Positions 35,997 to 45,610 of a stretch of 61,135 nt of DNA are shown here, piece after piece (position 1 is the stretch's first letter; every line of letters starts with the position of its first letter). The DNA comes from Escherichia phage Ec1-ASingh. The translations under genes and the position numbers were made by a program. Location: sequence record PQ561393; one strand, 5' to 3'. Below the pieces are notes generated by a model. The model saw nothing but the letters and a program-made list of their open reading frames with translations, was not told the DNA's origin and ran no database searches.

Positions 35997-38535
35997 ACAT
36001 GTTTTCAATGAGTTGGTCAACTTTCACAAGATCTATTCTGTAAGCAGTTCCGCTGAATGGTTTAGATAGACCGTCAGTGTAAGGCGGGTTCTGTAGCTCC
36101 GCACGCGATAACGGTTGCATTGCACCTAAGTCAATCACGGATCTTACAGCATTCTCAAACATCTCTTTCTTACTTCTACCCTTACTAAACGCAGCCAGGT
36201 TTATGGTATGCGCACGCAAATCACTTTTAGTAAGAACGAAATTCTGAGTCAATAACGGGTAGTTGGCCTGATCACGCCCGTTACATTTTTCAATCAAACT
36301 TTTAATCTTACTAAGCACTAAGCGGTCACAGTTAATGTCGTCTGACCCGATAAGACCCTGTTTGTGTTTCTTGATAATACGTTCGTTACTGGTGTTAATG
36401 AACGTAGACGCCCATTCGAAGTGACGCATCGTTACTTCAGGATTATAGCAGTTGTCCGCTACAGCTAACAGGCACGCAATTTTAAGGATTTTAAATGCGC
36501 GTCGGTTATGCGCTTGACGAACTACCTCATCCGTTTCAATATTACCGTTTACCCCGTTTAACAGCCTATTAATTTCAACGTCAAGATTATCGTACGCCTC
36601 ACCCGCTTCATGGTCCAGCTTAACCGTACAGGGTTCTGTCCCAGCGTGCAGTTTAACCGCTTGAGTGATAAGCTCCCCTAATCCGCGCAATAACCCTTCA
36701 GGCATGGGCTGAACAGCGTTCTTATTCTCGAGCGGACGCAGTACATCGCAATCCCATATAGTCAAACGAGATATAAACCCGCCTGAAAGCATGTCCTGAG
36801 TAACCGTCGAATAAAACTCGTCAGGTGTACACTCACCCGCAAGACTGTATGCTGCAAGACGCCCACCAACGTGGTTATTCTCTTTGTTAGAGTATTTAAA
36901 CCCGTCTGCACGAGAATAGAATGAACTTTGGTTATACAGTGTCAACATCGCATGTTGCAATTCAGGAGCCTTACCATAACCTGTCGCAATACCTTTAAAA
37001 AAATCTGCAATTTCTTCCATGTAATGCACAAACGACAAACGGTCCATAGCACCGTCCGCAACAATAACGGATTTCATTAATGCTTGCTCGGATCCATATC
37101 TTGCGGTATCAAGGAAACTTCGCGCGCCAAATAGTTGAGTCCCATCCTTACCGCCGAACATTTCTACTGTCTGTAACACGTTCTGGATATTGGAACGGAA
37201 TGCGTCCTTACCTAGCCCCGAACGAGCTACAAGAACAAAATAGTTGTTCAGACCGCCACGTGTGTGGGTGTTCCATGCTTTACCACATACCCCGCTTAAC
37301 AGCGCCAGGGTTGACAGTATCGCAATGTCTTTCACCGGACGTAAGCTAATAGAGAACATGTAACGAGCAAGCTCACCAGCAGCACCTGGAGGCCAGTCAA
37401 GCCCACCGTCCGCTTCGATAGTGTAGTTCCCATCAGTTGCGAGGAATTCGCTCGGTGCAGGTGCAGGGAGAGACGCTTCATATTGCTTTTGCTTCTGTTC
37501 AAGTGTGCGCTGGATGTTAGCCTTCATAATGGCTTCACGTTCCATGTTGGACACTTGCTCGTCCATGCGACGCCGTTTAATCATACGGTCTAGATGATAG
37601 GGCTTCTTCACTTTATCATGGATAGCACGACGTTCGTCAAAGTAGCGGTCGCCCATTTTGGACATATAAAACATGCGACGAACTTGGAAGTTATATTTCG
37701 TGTAGAATGCAATAATATCTACAAGTGCAAATTCTGCTTCGGATTGAGATGGAAACGCGCGTTCACCTATGTCGTAGTTAACGTCCCCGTTAAGGTAACG
37801 CCCGTCCCATAGCTGACGGAATAGATTACCGTTGCTTGCTTCACATGCTTTGATATAGAGGTCTTCGTCTTTGATAGCGTACGGGTCATTTTCATATTCT
37901 TCTTCCGTAAGTTCTACCATCTCGAAGCCATCTAACAATGACACACCATTCATCTGGCTGCGCATGTTGTAAAGCAGTTCCGCGATATACGTTTCGCTTT
38001 CGTGCCCTGGTTTACCTGCAACCTCCAGAGGGCTGATGTTCCAATGGTTGCCGGTGCAAATCATAAAACGGTATTGGGTGTATATTTCAACACCGTCGCG
38101 ACGCTTGCCCTCTTGTGGTAAAGCATAGACCCACAGGTGCAAACCGTTACCGCTACGCGATATTTCAGTATAGCTATGGAAGGATCTTACAATCTGCTCG
38201 TAACGGGCGCCCGCTTTTTGAATAGTTTCAGCATCCCATTCCTGTTTAATATCCATGTCAATGCAACAGAACGGATCGGACGGCATGAGGTAGAACCCAG
38301 CCATCAACGAGTGACCGTTCATGTTATAATATTTAATACACTGTTGAACGCTTTCAAAGTCCATCAAAAGATGAAGGTTAGGTGGGTGTCTTTCGTTACC
38401 GTCCTTGCAGAGCGGCACCATGTTGCCTAGTTCGTTGTCCCAGACATACGGTTGTTTATCATTAGACCCGTTATTCTTAAATCCGCAGACGGCCCACTGT
38501 GGCACATCTTTTATCGCTTGCGGGAACTTGTCCAT
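35995..38535 (-). CDS. DNA primase/helicase (AEP/PrimPol-like N-terminal domain plus P-loop NTPase)
   Basis: SGNGLHLW-type primase-polymerase motif in N-terminal third; Walker-A-like ARSGLGKD in C-terminal half; 846 aa. Confidence 0.7.
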   Translation of the reverse strand: MDKFPQAIKDVPQWAVCGFKNNGSNDKQPYVWDNELGNMVPLCKDGNERHPPNLHLLMDFESVQQCIKYYNMNGHSLMAGFYLMPSDPFCCIDMDIKQEWDAETIQKAGARYEQIVRSFHSYTEISRSGNGLHLWVYALPQEGKRRDGVEIYTQYRFMICTGNHWNISPLEVAGKPGHESETYIAELLYNMRSQMNGVSLLDGFEMVELTEEEYENDPYAIKDEDLYIKACEASNGNLFRQLWDGRYLNGDVNYDIGERAFPSQSEAEFALVDIIAFYTKYNFQVRRMFYMSKMGDRYFDERRAIHDKVKKPYHLDRMIKRRRMDEQVSNMEREAIMKANIQRTLEQKQKQYEASLPAPAPSEFLATDGNYTIEADGGLDWPPGAAGELARYMFSISLRPVKDIAILSTLALLSGVCGKAWNTHTRGGLNNYFVLVARSGLGKDAFRSNIQNVLQTVEMFGGKDGTQLFGARSFLDTARYGSEQALMKSVIVADGAMDRLSFVHYMEEIADFFKGIATGYGKAPELQHAMLTLYNQSSFYSRADGFKYSNKENNHVGGRLAAYSLAGECTPDEFYSTVTQDMLSGGFISRLTIWDCDVLRPLENKNAVQPMPEGLLRGLGELITQAVKLHAGTEPCTVKLDHEAGEAYDNLDVEINRLLNGVNGNIETDEVVRQAHNRRAFKILKIACLLAVADNCYNPEVTMRHFEWASTFINTSNERIIKKHKQGLIGSDDINCDRLVLSKIKSLIEKCNGRDQANYPLLTQNFVLTKSDLRAHTINLAAFSKGRSKKEMFENAVRSVIDLGAMQPLSRAELQNPPYTDGLSKPFSGTAYRIDLVKVDQLIENM

Positions 38536-38622
38536 TAACTACCCCTTTATGAAACAGGCCCCACAAGGTGAGGCCGTAGACGCGCAGTTATACAGTGACA
38601 GCGCCACTTCATGCAAATTATG

Positions 38623-39156
38623 CTACTCAATCCAACGGTAGAATTCTTTGATAAAATCAGGCTCGCTGATAAATCTGTCAAACGGAGTAAGTGTGTTACC
38701 GGCAAGAGTTAACATACTCGTCCTGACTACTTTTACGTTTCCATCAACAGCTGATTGGGCAGCGCGAAAGCCCTCAATCCGGGCAGTGTAATATTGCCCG
38801 GTGCTGCTGGATTTACCCAAATACACACGGTTGATGTCCGTGTCATGTAAATGCCCGGATTGATGTTTTACCTCATGTGCCGGTGAGATAGGAACCATCG
38901 GAGGGAATGACTCCCGAACTTCGTTAAAACCTTCCCACGCGTACTGCTTGATCGCAGTTTTCATCTGAGACTCAGTAACAACTTCTTCTGTCATTGCTTC
39001 AGCTTCTTCCGCCATAGCGATAACTTCCTGACGCAGATTCCAGAATTGGTTTTCGTTGTACGAACCGTCTTTATCAGCAAGACGTGCGGATTCGCTCAGT
39101 GCTTCGATCATTGCTGCGTTGCTGCGGATAAGCAGTCCAATCAATTTACCGTTCAT
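38623..39156 (-). CDS. Hypothetical protein
   Basis: 177 aa ORF. Confidence 0.45.
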   Translation of the reverse strand: MNGKLIGLLIRSNAAMIEALSESARLADKDGSYNENQFWNLRQEVIAMAEEAEAMTEEVVTESQMKTAIKQYAWEGFNEVRESFPPMVPISPAHEVKHQSGHLHDTDINRVYLGKSSSTGQYYTARIEGFRAAQSAVDGNVKVVRTSMLTLAGNTLTPFDRFISEPDFIKEFYRWIE

Positions 39157-39160
39157 AGTT

Positions 39161-39373
39161 TTACCTGAATGTTTTTAATAAATCGGCTTCAGCGACAACG
39201 CGGATAGCAGGACCATCCACGTCATAATTACCAGGATAGAATAGACCTTCTGCGTAATCCGCTGCCTCTTTGGTGTCGAACACCTGCAACACCTTTGACA
39301 CTTTACACAGAGTACCATCGAACTCTTCGTCAAAGAATTGCTCTACTTCACAAACACAGAACTTGCCGCCCAT
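39161..39373 (-). CDS. Hypothetical protein
   Basis: 70 aa acidic ORF. Confidence 0.4.
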   Translation of the reverse strand: MGGKFCVCEVEQFFDEEFDGTLCKVSKVLQVFDTKEAADYAEGLFYPGNYDVDGPAIRVVAEADLLKTFR

Positions 39374-39850
39374 TTAAAACTCCTTGAGCTTAATTGTGAC
39401 GTCGTCTACCTGCACGTAATGGCCAACAAGCCATTCATACTCTTCAACTTCGTTGCACTTGTTGCCCTTGGCGAGGGTGACATGTGGTCTGAACTCATAC
39501 CCGTTATACAGCAGGCCCAGACTGTCGTAAACGTGACGCGCCTCTTTCCAGTCACGTTCGTTAAGCACTGCGACGGTGACGTCAGCACCTTCCCAATACT
39601 CAATCGCCATGATAGGCGAACGTGACGGAAGCGGCCCGGTGAGCGCATCACACGGGATGTACTGTGATTCTGCAGCATGCATAAACGCCATAGTGACGTG
39701 CAGCTTGGACGGCTCAACACCAACCAAACCCAGGATTGTCGGATAATCGTCCAGGGAGACTTTAGCACTGACAATCAGCTTTAATTCTTTGGTGATTGCC
39801 GGCTTATCAAACTTACCGTATATCTTGTTACCGCGTATCTTGTTAGCCAT
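39374..39850 (-). CDS. 2H phosphoesterase (LigT/ThpR-like cyclic phosphodiesterase)
   Basis: Two H-x-T-x motifs (LHVTMAF at His51, PHVTLAK at His123) spaced ~72 aa in a 158-aa protein. Confidence 0.6.
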   Translation of the reverse strand: MANKIRGNKIYGKFDKPAITKELKLIVSAKVSLDDYPTILGLVGVEPSKLHVTMAFMHAAESQYIPCDALTGPLPSRSPIMAIEYWEGADVTVAVLNERDWKEARHVYDSLGLLYNGYEFRPHVTLAKGNKCNEVEEYEWLVGHYVQVDDVTIKLKEF

Positions 39851-39851
39851 A

Positions 39852-40301
39852 TTAATAAGCTCCAGCTAAACCCATCATAAGACGGATACATTTCATAAGA
39901 GACGGGCCTTTGATAGCACGTCTGCGCTTCTCGATACCGTTATGATCCAGCTTCGCAGGGTTGTCTCGACGCCACTGTTTCAGACGTTCAATCTCCTGTT
40001 CCTGCAAATGTTGTGCGGAGATTTTAATGCTTGACCACATTTCGTCGGTCAAGACTTTGCCGTGTTGCAACAGTAGATCCCAGGCCATAGTCGGGCGGCG
40101 CTGGTCTACGTCGTAGGCTTGGATGATTCCGTCGTACCACTTGATATGGTCGTATACACCCTTGTAAATGGTGATGCGGCCCAGCGTTACGTTACGCGCG
40201 TCAATAACAAATATGCGCGTATAGTCGGCGCTGCCTGTACCCTGCACGCTACCGCGCAGACCAATCAGTGCCAGCTTGTCACACGTTTCTTTAATGTTCA
40301 T
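39852..40301 (-). CDS. Hypothetical protein
   Basis: 149 aa ORF. Confidence 0.45.
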   Translation of the reverse strand: MNIKETCDKLALIGLRGSVQGTGSADYTRIFVIDARNVTLGRITIYKGVYDHIKWYDGIIQAYDVDQRRPTMAWDLLLQHGKVLTDEMWSSIKISAQHLQEQEIERLKQWRRDNPAKLDHNGIEKRRRAIKGPSLMKCIRLMMGLAGAY

Positions 40302-40333
40302 TTCGTTCTCCCTTTATTGGTAGAACTATAATA

Positions 40334-40603
40334 CTACTGATTTAGGTCGTAACGCAAGCTATGCGAATAGACAAAGACCTCACTATTTTCAGGTAGCCAT
40401 GCGATAATACGCCCACGGGTTTTAGGCTTGCCGCACACCTGATAAGCAAACTTCCAAGCGGGTACACCATAGATATACCCTTCCTGGTACACACCAGGCG
40501 CACTAACTACCAGATGTCTTTTATGTACTTCGTCAAAGACAATTTCACCTGCTTTCAGATCCTGGATGCGCTTCACACGGTAACGAGGTTTAAGATTTTT
40601 CAT
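40334..40603 (-). CDS. Hypothetical protein
   Basis: 89 aa from ATG 40603; N-terminal part of the ORF-track version is the alternate frame of the upstream gene. Confidence 0.4.
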   Translation of the reverse strand: MKNLKPRYRVKRIQDLKAGEIVFDEVHKRHLVVSAPGVYQEGYIYGVPAWKFAYQVCGKPKTRGRIIAWLPENSEVFVYSHSLRYDLNQ

Positions 40604-41021
40604 GTATACCCCACAGCTTCGCAAGGACGTCGTGAATTTCTTTAGCGGTAGAGGTTTCCCATTCGTCTTCCTCTTCCGCCATTGTATAAGACGTTGCACC
40701 AGCAGAGAACCCTTCCCGATGCGCTTCGCGGATACGTTCAAGCAGTACCTCGCAGTCCGTGCGGGCATAGTCCAGCCACTTCGCATGTTCAGCAGCGTCA
40801 ATTTCAGCCTGTAATTGCATCCAGTGTGGCTCATTCTTGCCGCAGTCAGGGCACTGGAACTCATTGGTGCGGAGCATCGTGCTGTGACGGTAGCAGTAAG
40901 TAGTTGGCTCGCCGTTAAGACGCTTGCCGCAGGTGTTGCAGCGCATTGGCCCAATGACGGGCATTCCGGGCCACTTGTTAAAAATCCACCCGTCAATTTT
41001 CTTTCCGACGATAGACATCAT
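40590..41021 (-). CDS. Zinc-finger protein
   Basis: CNTCGK...CPDCGK motifs; start at ATG 41021 (ATGA overlap with upstream stop). Confidence 0.4.
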   Translation of the reverse strand: MMSIVGKKIDGWIFNKWPGMPVIGPMRCNTCGKRLNGEPTTYCYRHSTMLRTNEFQCPDCGKNEPHWMQLQAEIDAAEHAKWLDYARTDCEVLLERIREAHREGFSAGATSYTMAEEEDEWETSTAKEIHDVLAKLWGIHEKS

Positions 41022-41203
41022 TCTTGCTCCACTTTGATACCAGTCCAGATACGCAGTTCGTAGCGGACACGGATAGGCCAATTGGGTTTCACGATCCAAA
41101 GGCTAGGCTTATAGATAGTGAAGTAGTATTTACCGAACTGGAACGAACGCCCTGATGCTGACTTCTGAAACAGGATAACACGCTTGCCCAGATTTATGCT
41201 CAT
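41018..41203 (-). CDS. Hypothetical protein
   Basis: 61 aa ORF, translationally coupled. Confidence 0.35.
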   Translation of the reverse strand: MSINLGKRVILFQKSASGRSFQFGKYYFTIYKPSLWIVKPNWPIRVRYELRIWTGIKVEQE

Positions 41204-41508
41204 AATGGCGCTCCAGTGAGCTGAAGTGCGTAACGGTCAATCTTTGCACGCACATTGCGGATTAATTTCTGGCGACGGGTAATACGCAGGCGCTCCAGGA
41301 CACAGGCACGGTAGTTACTGTCGGGCAGCTTCTCCAGACGGTAGTCGAGCGCGTTGAGCTGGTCCTTGAGCATTACATCCGCCCAAAGTAAACGGAAACG
41401 GAATGATTTACCCCATCCACTAACCCGCCCAGGTAAACGTGGAAGGTTATACCCTTCAAGTATCTTATCCACACTACACCCCATAGACGCAGTAGATGAT
41501 TGCATCAC
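41200..41508 (-). CDS. Hypothetical protein
   Basis: 102 aa ORF; start may be internal ATG 41484. Confidence 0.4.
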   Translation of the reverse strand: MMQSSTASMGCSVDKILEGYNLPRLPGRVSGWGKSFRFRLLWADVMLKDQLNALDYRLEKLPDSNYRACVLERLRITRRQKLIRNVRAKIDRYALQLTGAPL

Positions 41509-41659
41509 GCAGCGACTTGTGATACATGGTGCAAGCGTACCAACCTTCAGGTTTCTTCTTGATGGTCAGAATCGGCTTACCTCTCTGGATTACGTAGTAG
41601 CATTGATTAGCGATGTCCCGCTTAACGATGTACGGGACTTGACGGAAGCGCTTCTGCAT
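41474..41659 (-). CDS. Hypothetical protein
   Basis: 61 aa ORF. Confidence 0.35.
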   Translation of the reverse strand: MQKRFRQVPYIVKRDIANQCYYVIQRGKPILTIKKKPEGWYACTMYHKSLRDAIIYCVYGV

Positions 41660-41970
41660 TATTGGTGTCCTTTAAGTTTAGCAACGATTTCATCCAACTT
41701 CGGATTGTTGGCAACACCTAACATCTCGCCCAGGTAATGCAACTCCAGGAGCATCTCGGCCATCTCCGCAGCACACGCAACAGCACGAAGGTTGGCAGCG
41801 AGTTCTTCCTCTTTCTCCACACGCTTGCTGTCTTGTGTGGTATAGTCGCCGTCCATCTTAACCAGCACGTGAGCGATAGCACCATGCAAAGGTGCGTCGA
41901 TGCTGGCATGGTTAGTATAGAACGACTCGCTGGACTTCCACGGACCTTTAGTACCTTTGAAGAATTGCAT
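41659..41970 (-). CDS. Hypothetical protein
   Basis: 103 aa ORF with RBS AGAGGAGA. Confidence 0.45.
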   Translation of the reverse strand: MQFFKGTKGPWKSSESFYTNHASIDAPLHGAIAHVLVKMDGDYTTQDSKRVEKEEELAANLRAVACAAEMAEMLLELHYLGEMLGVANNPKLDEIVAKLKGHQ

Positions 41971-42027
41971 GGTATGTCTCCTCTGTTGAACTAAATATAT
42001 AGTACAATGTTCGGACTTGATTTACAA

Positions 42028-42297
42028 CTAGACGAACGAAAAGATCCAGTTCATGAGTTTCACAATAGCCAAAAGAAACCCTGACGCAAGGGTTAATATA
42101 ATCATCCATGTAATAAATTCAGCCAGTGTACCGTTCACTGAATGAGATTTAAGAAAGTCCGCCTCCGCTTCCAGTCTGCCATCTTCCCAGCATTGCCATT
42201 CCATCGAACCGTGGGAATGCGGGTTATGTTCCCGTGGAGCCCCATGTTCGCCCGCGACATAACCTTCTGAACGTATTTGATCTAGATGTTTGCTCAT
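42028..42297 (-). CDS. Tail-anchored membrane protein
   Basis: 89 aa with C-terminal TM helix (WMIILTLASGFLLAIV). Confidence 0.4.
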   Translation of the reverse strand: MSKHLDQIRSEGYVAGEHGAPREHNPHSHGSMEWQCWEDGRLEAEADFLKSHSVNGTLAEFITWMIILTLASGFLLAIVKLMNWIFSFV

Positions 42298-42298
42298 G

Positions 42299-42925
42299 TT
42301 AACCCTTTTTACGTGATTCCAGCTCTGTTAATAATACTTCCGCCCATTCGCTCCAGAACTCCATCTTACGGGTGTTCTCCACGTTGGATTCGGCATAGCG
42401 CTCGGCGGCAGCGAGTGCCCTTTTAAGCCTGTCTATAGACATATCGGATACGCGAACTGAGTTGTCGCCTTTACCCCATATTTCAAAGCGGGTCGCACTG
42501 GTACGAAAATCGAACCCGTCGAAGTGGAATTGAGCGTCACGCCACCAGTGCGGTGCGTCAAGACAGCCTGTAAATGGTTTCTCGACCCAGCCAGCTTTGA
42601 TTAAAGCCTCGCGGACCTTTGGGTCAAAGGACTGCACCTTTTTACGGCGGATAAGCCAGGTGTGCTTAAACGGGAACCCGCCTCCCAGCCCGAGCGTCGC
42701 TAACCGACCTTTAATGCCGCCCGCCGACCGGTTTAAAGCATGGCAGAAGTCTTTCATTTGCATATGCGATGCAAGCATACTAATAAGAAGGACATCTTCC
42801 TCCACTTTCCATCGCATACCAACGGCACAGCCTTCGCAGTCGCCCGGAAGGTTTTTATCGTGCTTCATTCTACGCTTTGCGCGTGCCTGTTGGAACTTAT
42901 TCCAGGCCAATTCTTCTTTGTCCAT
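42299..42925 (-). CDS. SANT/Myb-like domain protein (putative DNA-binding)
   Basis: W-x2-EED-x-LL ... AL-x-RS-x3-IK-x-R pattern resembling Myb/SANT repeat. Confidence 0.4.
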   Translation of the reverse strand: MDKEELAWNKFQQARAKRRMKHDKNLPGDCEGCAVGMRWKVEEDVLLISMLASHMQMKDFCHALNRSAGGIKGRLATLGLGGGFPFKHTWLIRRKKVQSFDPKVREALIKAGWVEKPFTGCLDAPHWWRDAQFHFDGFDFRTSATRFEIWGKGDNSVRVSDMSIDRLKRALAAAERYAESNVENTRKMEFWSEWAEVLLTELESRKKG

Positions 42926-42934
42926 GACAACCTC

Positions 42935-43390
42935 TTATAAGCAAGGGCGTAACACGCCATTCGGATCAGCGTACATGAACCCTTTATTAGTGAGCACGCT
43001 GATATAGTTCGGGAACTGCTTCCACGCCAGGCACATGTATTTCTGGCCGTCCTTATCGAACATGAATTCCAGATGCACATTGTATCCGTTATCACGCGCC
43101 CACACGCTAATATGCGTCCAAGCATAAGGGCCAGGCGTCTGCTTCTGAACTGTACCGTCGATCTTAATGCGGAAGCTGGTGTCTTCGTAGCGCACCAGTT
43201 GCCCACGAATAAAGTTCGGAGCTATTGTATGACCCCGTTCGACCAGCTTTTTGACAACCGATGCCTGATAGCTGTTACCGCGACGCTGTGTATGACACCT
43301 GTCGCGCAACCATGTCAGCATATATGGGTGATCTTCAAGAGGGAATATTTGCTTGAGATCCTGCGGGCTTAACACTTCTTTCTTGGCCAT
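42935..43390 (-). CDS. Hypothetical protein (first gene of long minus-strand block)
   Basis: Start at ATG 43390 with RBS AAGGAGG. Confidence 0.5.
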   Translation of the reverse strand: MAKKEVLSPQDLKQIFPLEDHPYMLTWLRDRCHTQRRGNSYQASVVKKLVERGHTIAPNFIRGQLVRYEDTSFRIKIDGTVQKQTPGPYAWTHISVWARDNGYNVHLEFMFDKDGQKYMCLAWKQFPNYISVLTNKGFMYADPNGVLRPCL

Positions 43391-43574
43391 TGGCAACCTC
43401 CTTAATACGTATGCGCACACATTACATTGACGGGCCGGCCGAACGCAATAGAGGTGACCACATTAAAGGTTAGTGCTTGAGATACAGTGTGGTCATGCTC
43501 GCCTCACAGACCCTCATGCGCAATCGGGGGGAGAGTGAATTTTTATGGTGCCCACTTTTAGAATTTGAGATTGT

Positions 43575-43629
43575 TAGCTGGCTATAGAAATATTTTTGCT
43601 GTTTATGCGAGATTGTATAGCTGGCTATA
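43575..43629. repeat. Direct repeat pair (g)attgt-tagctggctata, 43 bp apart
   Basis: 12-bp tagctggctata at 43575 and 43618. Confidence 0.6.
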
Positions 43630-43669
43630 TTGAGTTTTACAGGTCTAAATGTGCGTTGGCAAATTTTGT

Positions 43670-43985
43670 TGTAGGCTGTAGTAGACGTGTAGTAGGCGAT
43701 CTACTACACAAATAAAATATGGCGAAACCCGCGGCAGTGCTGGGAAATTTTGGCTCACAGCTCCGACTTGCACTGGCTGTAGTACGCGTTAAAGGGGTAT
43801 CTCGTAATACGCCAGCTAATAATTAGCCAAGTTAACGATTATTCTATAATAAAAAAAAAACATACTACATATACTACATATATATTTAGATACTCTCTAC
43901 AAACCCTGAAAACTCTCGCTTTTCGCGAAAATATTCCCGTTAAATCGCCCCCTACTACAGCGTACTACAGCCTACTACAGACCGA
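43670..43985. repeat. Iteron cluster: 9 copies of TACTACA / TGTAGTA
   Basis: Copies at 43678, 43688, 43702 (forming inverted repeat gtgtagtag-gcgat-ctactacac), 43778, 43863, 43872 and three tandem 10-mers cNtactacag at 43951-43980. Confidence 0.65.
43849..43860. other. A-tract (A12) within AT-rich segment
   Basis: ataataaaaaaaaaa flanked by AT-rich sequence between iteron copies. Confidence 0.6.
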
Positions 43986-44175
43986 GTCCGTGCCTGGGCG
44001 TGTGCGGACGGGCATAGCGCCTGCGTGCGTCTGCCCGCGCGTTATTAGCACATATTAAAACGGATTGCAAGCGATTATTGCGCTCGATGTGAAATCGGGC
44101 AAGCGAAATTGGATTTTTGTGGAGCAAAAACGATTCTATTTTATAGCAAAATATTCGGTAATTCAGACAATCCGC

Positions 44176-44285
44176 CTGCTAGTTATCAGATTGCTGACCA
44201 TCAGACTGCTAATTATTAGGTTGCTAACGATATGCAGCTAATGATCCGCCAGCTAACCATTAGAAGGCTAACGATTAGAACGCTA
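44176..44285. repeat. Tandem array of ~7 degenerate 14-16 bp repeats (consensus yTGCTAAyNATyAGA)
   Basis: ctgctagttatcaga / ttgctgaccatcaga / ctgctaattattagg / ttgctaacgatatgca / gctaatgatccgcca / gctaaccattagaa / ggctaacgattagaa. Confidence 0.6.
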
Positions 44286-44579
44286 TGGGATTTTTGCGGG
44301 TGTTTAAAGGGTGTTGGGTAGGGGTGCATAATCCCGAAAATAGCGCTCACTTTTCGGGGTTGTAGGCCGCGTTATACGGTTGCCGGTAGGGTAGCGAGGG
44401 TTAGGGGCTAAAATCGCTTAAAATCGCGCACAGCGCCTTTGGTTGCGTCGCTGTAAGGCAATATAAGCCGGACTGATTTGGGTCTGTAGGTTAGTATTGA
44501 CTGAAAGGAAGGCGGCTTACAGGGCGATACAGCGAAGGAACTAACGTGGTCAAGCTCGGAAGGTGGGGTGTTTTGGGGT

Positions 44580-44617
44580 GTAATAAACGTGAAAAACCCG
44601 TTGGATATCAACGGGTT
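44580..44617 (-). terminator. Rho-independent terminator ending the early minus-strand block
   Basis: 9-bp stem aacccgttg / caacgggtt, loop gatat, then U-rich run on minus transcript. Confidence 0.55.
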
Positions 44618-44643
44618 ATCAACTGTATAATGCAGTTAGAGGT

Positions 44644-44889
44644 TTATTTGATAGCTAACAATACCGCATAGCTATTATCTGGAAGCGTACCAGTACCAAC
44701 AATCTTCACCGGGCGACTTGCGCGAGCGTTGTAGCGGTCAACCAGCTCTTGCGCCGCGTAGGCGGCATTCGCTTCGCCGTTGAGGTTGTAGTCGTTGGGG
44801 GTAACGACGCACATATCAAGACCAGATGCCTTATAGCGCAGACCTTTCGTGCCGGTGGCAGACAGGGTTTTCACATGAATCGCTTTCAT
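44644..44889 (-). CDS. Hypothetical early protein
   Basis: 81 aa ORF. Confidence 0.45.
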   Translation of the reverse strand: MKAIHVKTLSATGTKGLRYKASGLDMCVVTPNDYNLNGEANAAYAAQELVDRYNARASRPVKIVGTGTLPDNSYAVLLAIK

Positions 44890-45236
44890 TTGACTTCCTC
44901 CGACCAGCGTTTGCAGTTCTTAAGCAGGCTAATGAATCCAGCCAGTGTGGATGCGGTGCAAGCGATGCGACCGAAAGCTCGAAGCTCGGCAAACACCTTG
45001 CCACTATCCCATACGGTTAACAAAATTTTGTAGCCGTAGCAGTTTACACGGTAGAGAACATAAATGTCGCTCGGGTTAGGGTTAACGCGAGCAACAATGG
45101 CAGTCTTGTGCAGCTTGAACATCCAGGACCCAATGATACGGCGAGTGATAATTGACTGGCTAACGATACTAGACATAATAGTTACCTGTGTGGTTATGCG
45201 GGAGTGCATAATAATGCTCACCGGATAGATGAGCAC
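44886..45236 (-). CDS. Hypothetical early protein
   Basis: GTG start at 45236, alternative ATG at 45209. Confidence 0.4.
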   Translation of the reverse strand: MLIYPVSIIMHSRITTQVTIMSSIVSQSIITRRIIGSWMFKLHKTAIVARVNPNPSDIYVLYRVNCYGYKILLTVWDSGKVFAELRAFGRIACTASTLAGFISLLKNCKRWSEEVK

Positions 45237-45245
45237 GATATGAAC

Positions 45246-45533
45246 TCACTTGATAGTGACCGAGCAGCCGAAGCCTTCGAGCTGGGCTTTCATTGTCATC
45301 ATCGCCTGCATATGTTGTACGGCGGTTTGCGTGGATGCCGGTTCTGTTGTCAAGACATACTTGTCGCCACCAAGAAAATCGGTAGCCACCTGAATATTGA
45401 CAGTTGGAAGGTGTGCGTACACGAAGCCATCACGAAACAGCTCGTGGGCGGTGATGTCATGGTTGCGTGACATCAGATGCGCAGCAGTGGACAGGAAAGC
45501 GTGAGACAGACGAACTTCGATAACAGTTTTCAT
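45246..45533 (-). CDS. Hypothetical early protein
   Basis: 95 aa ORF. Confidence 0.45.
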   Translation of the reverse strand: MKTVIEVRLSHAFLSTAAHLMSRNHDITAHELFRDGFVYAHLPTVNIQVATDFLGGDKYVLTTEPASTQTAVQHMQAMMTMKAQLEGFGCSVTIK

Positions 45534-45610
45534 GGTAACACCTTATTTTGAGAAGTAGAGACCCGCGAACAGCGGACCGGCGAACACGATAAACGCAGCG
45601 ATGTAGTACA

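Noticed and set aside
40604-40996. Upstream part of the 220-aa ORF 40334..40996
   Set aside because: This segment is the alternate frame of the zinc-finger gene 40590..41021; only the C-terminal 89 aa (from ATG 40603) look like real protein.
44176-44285. Tandem 15-bp repeats considered as a CRISPR array
   Set aside because: Units are contiguous with no spacers, too short and degenerate, and no cas genes are present; more consistent with protein-binding iterons.
44408-44611. 67-aa minus-strand ORF in the non-coding region
   Set aside because: Overlaps the terminator hairpin, has no RBS, and lies in the repeat-rich region; likely non-coding.
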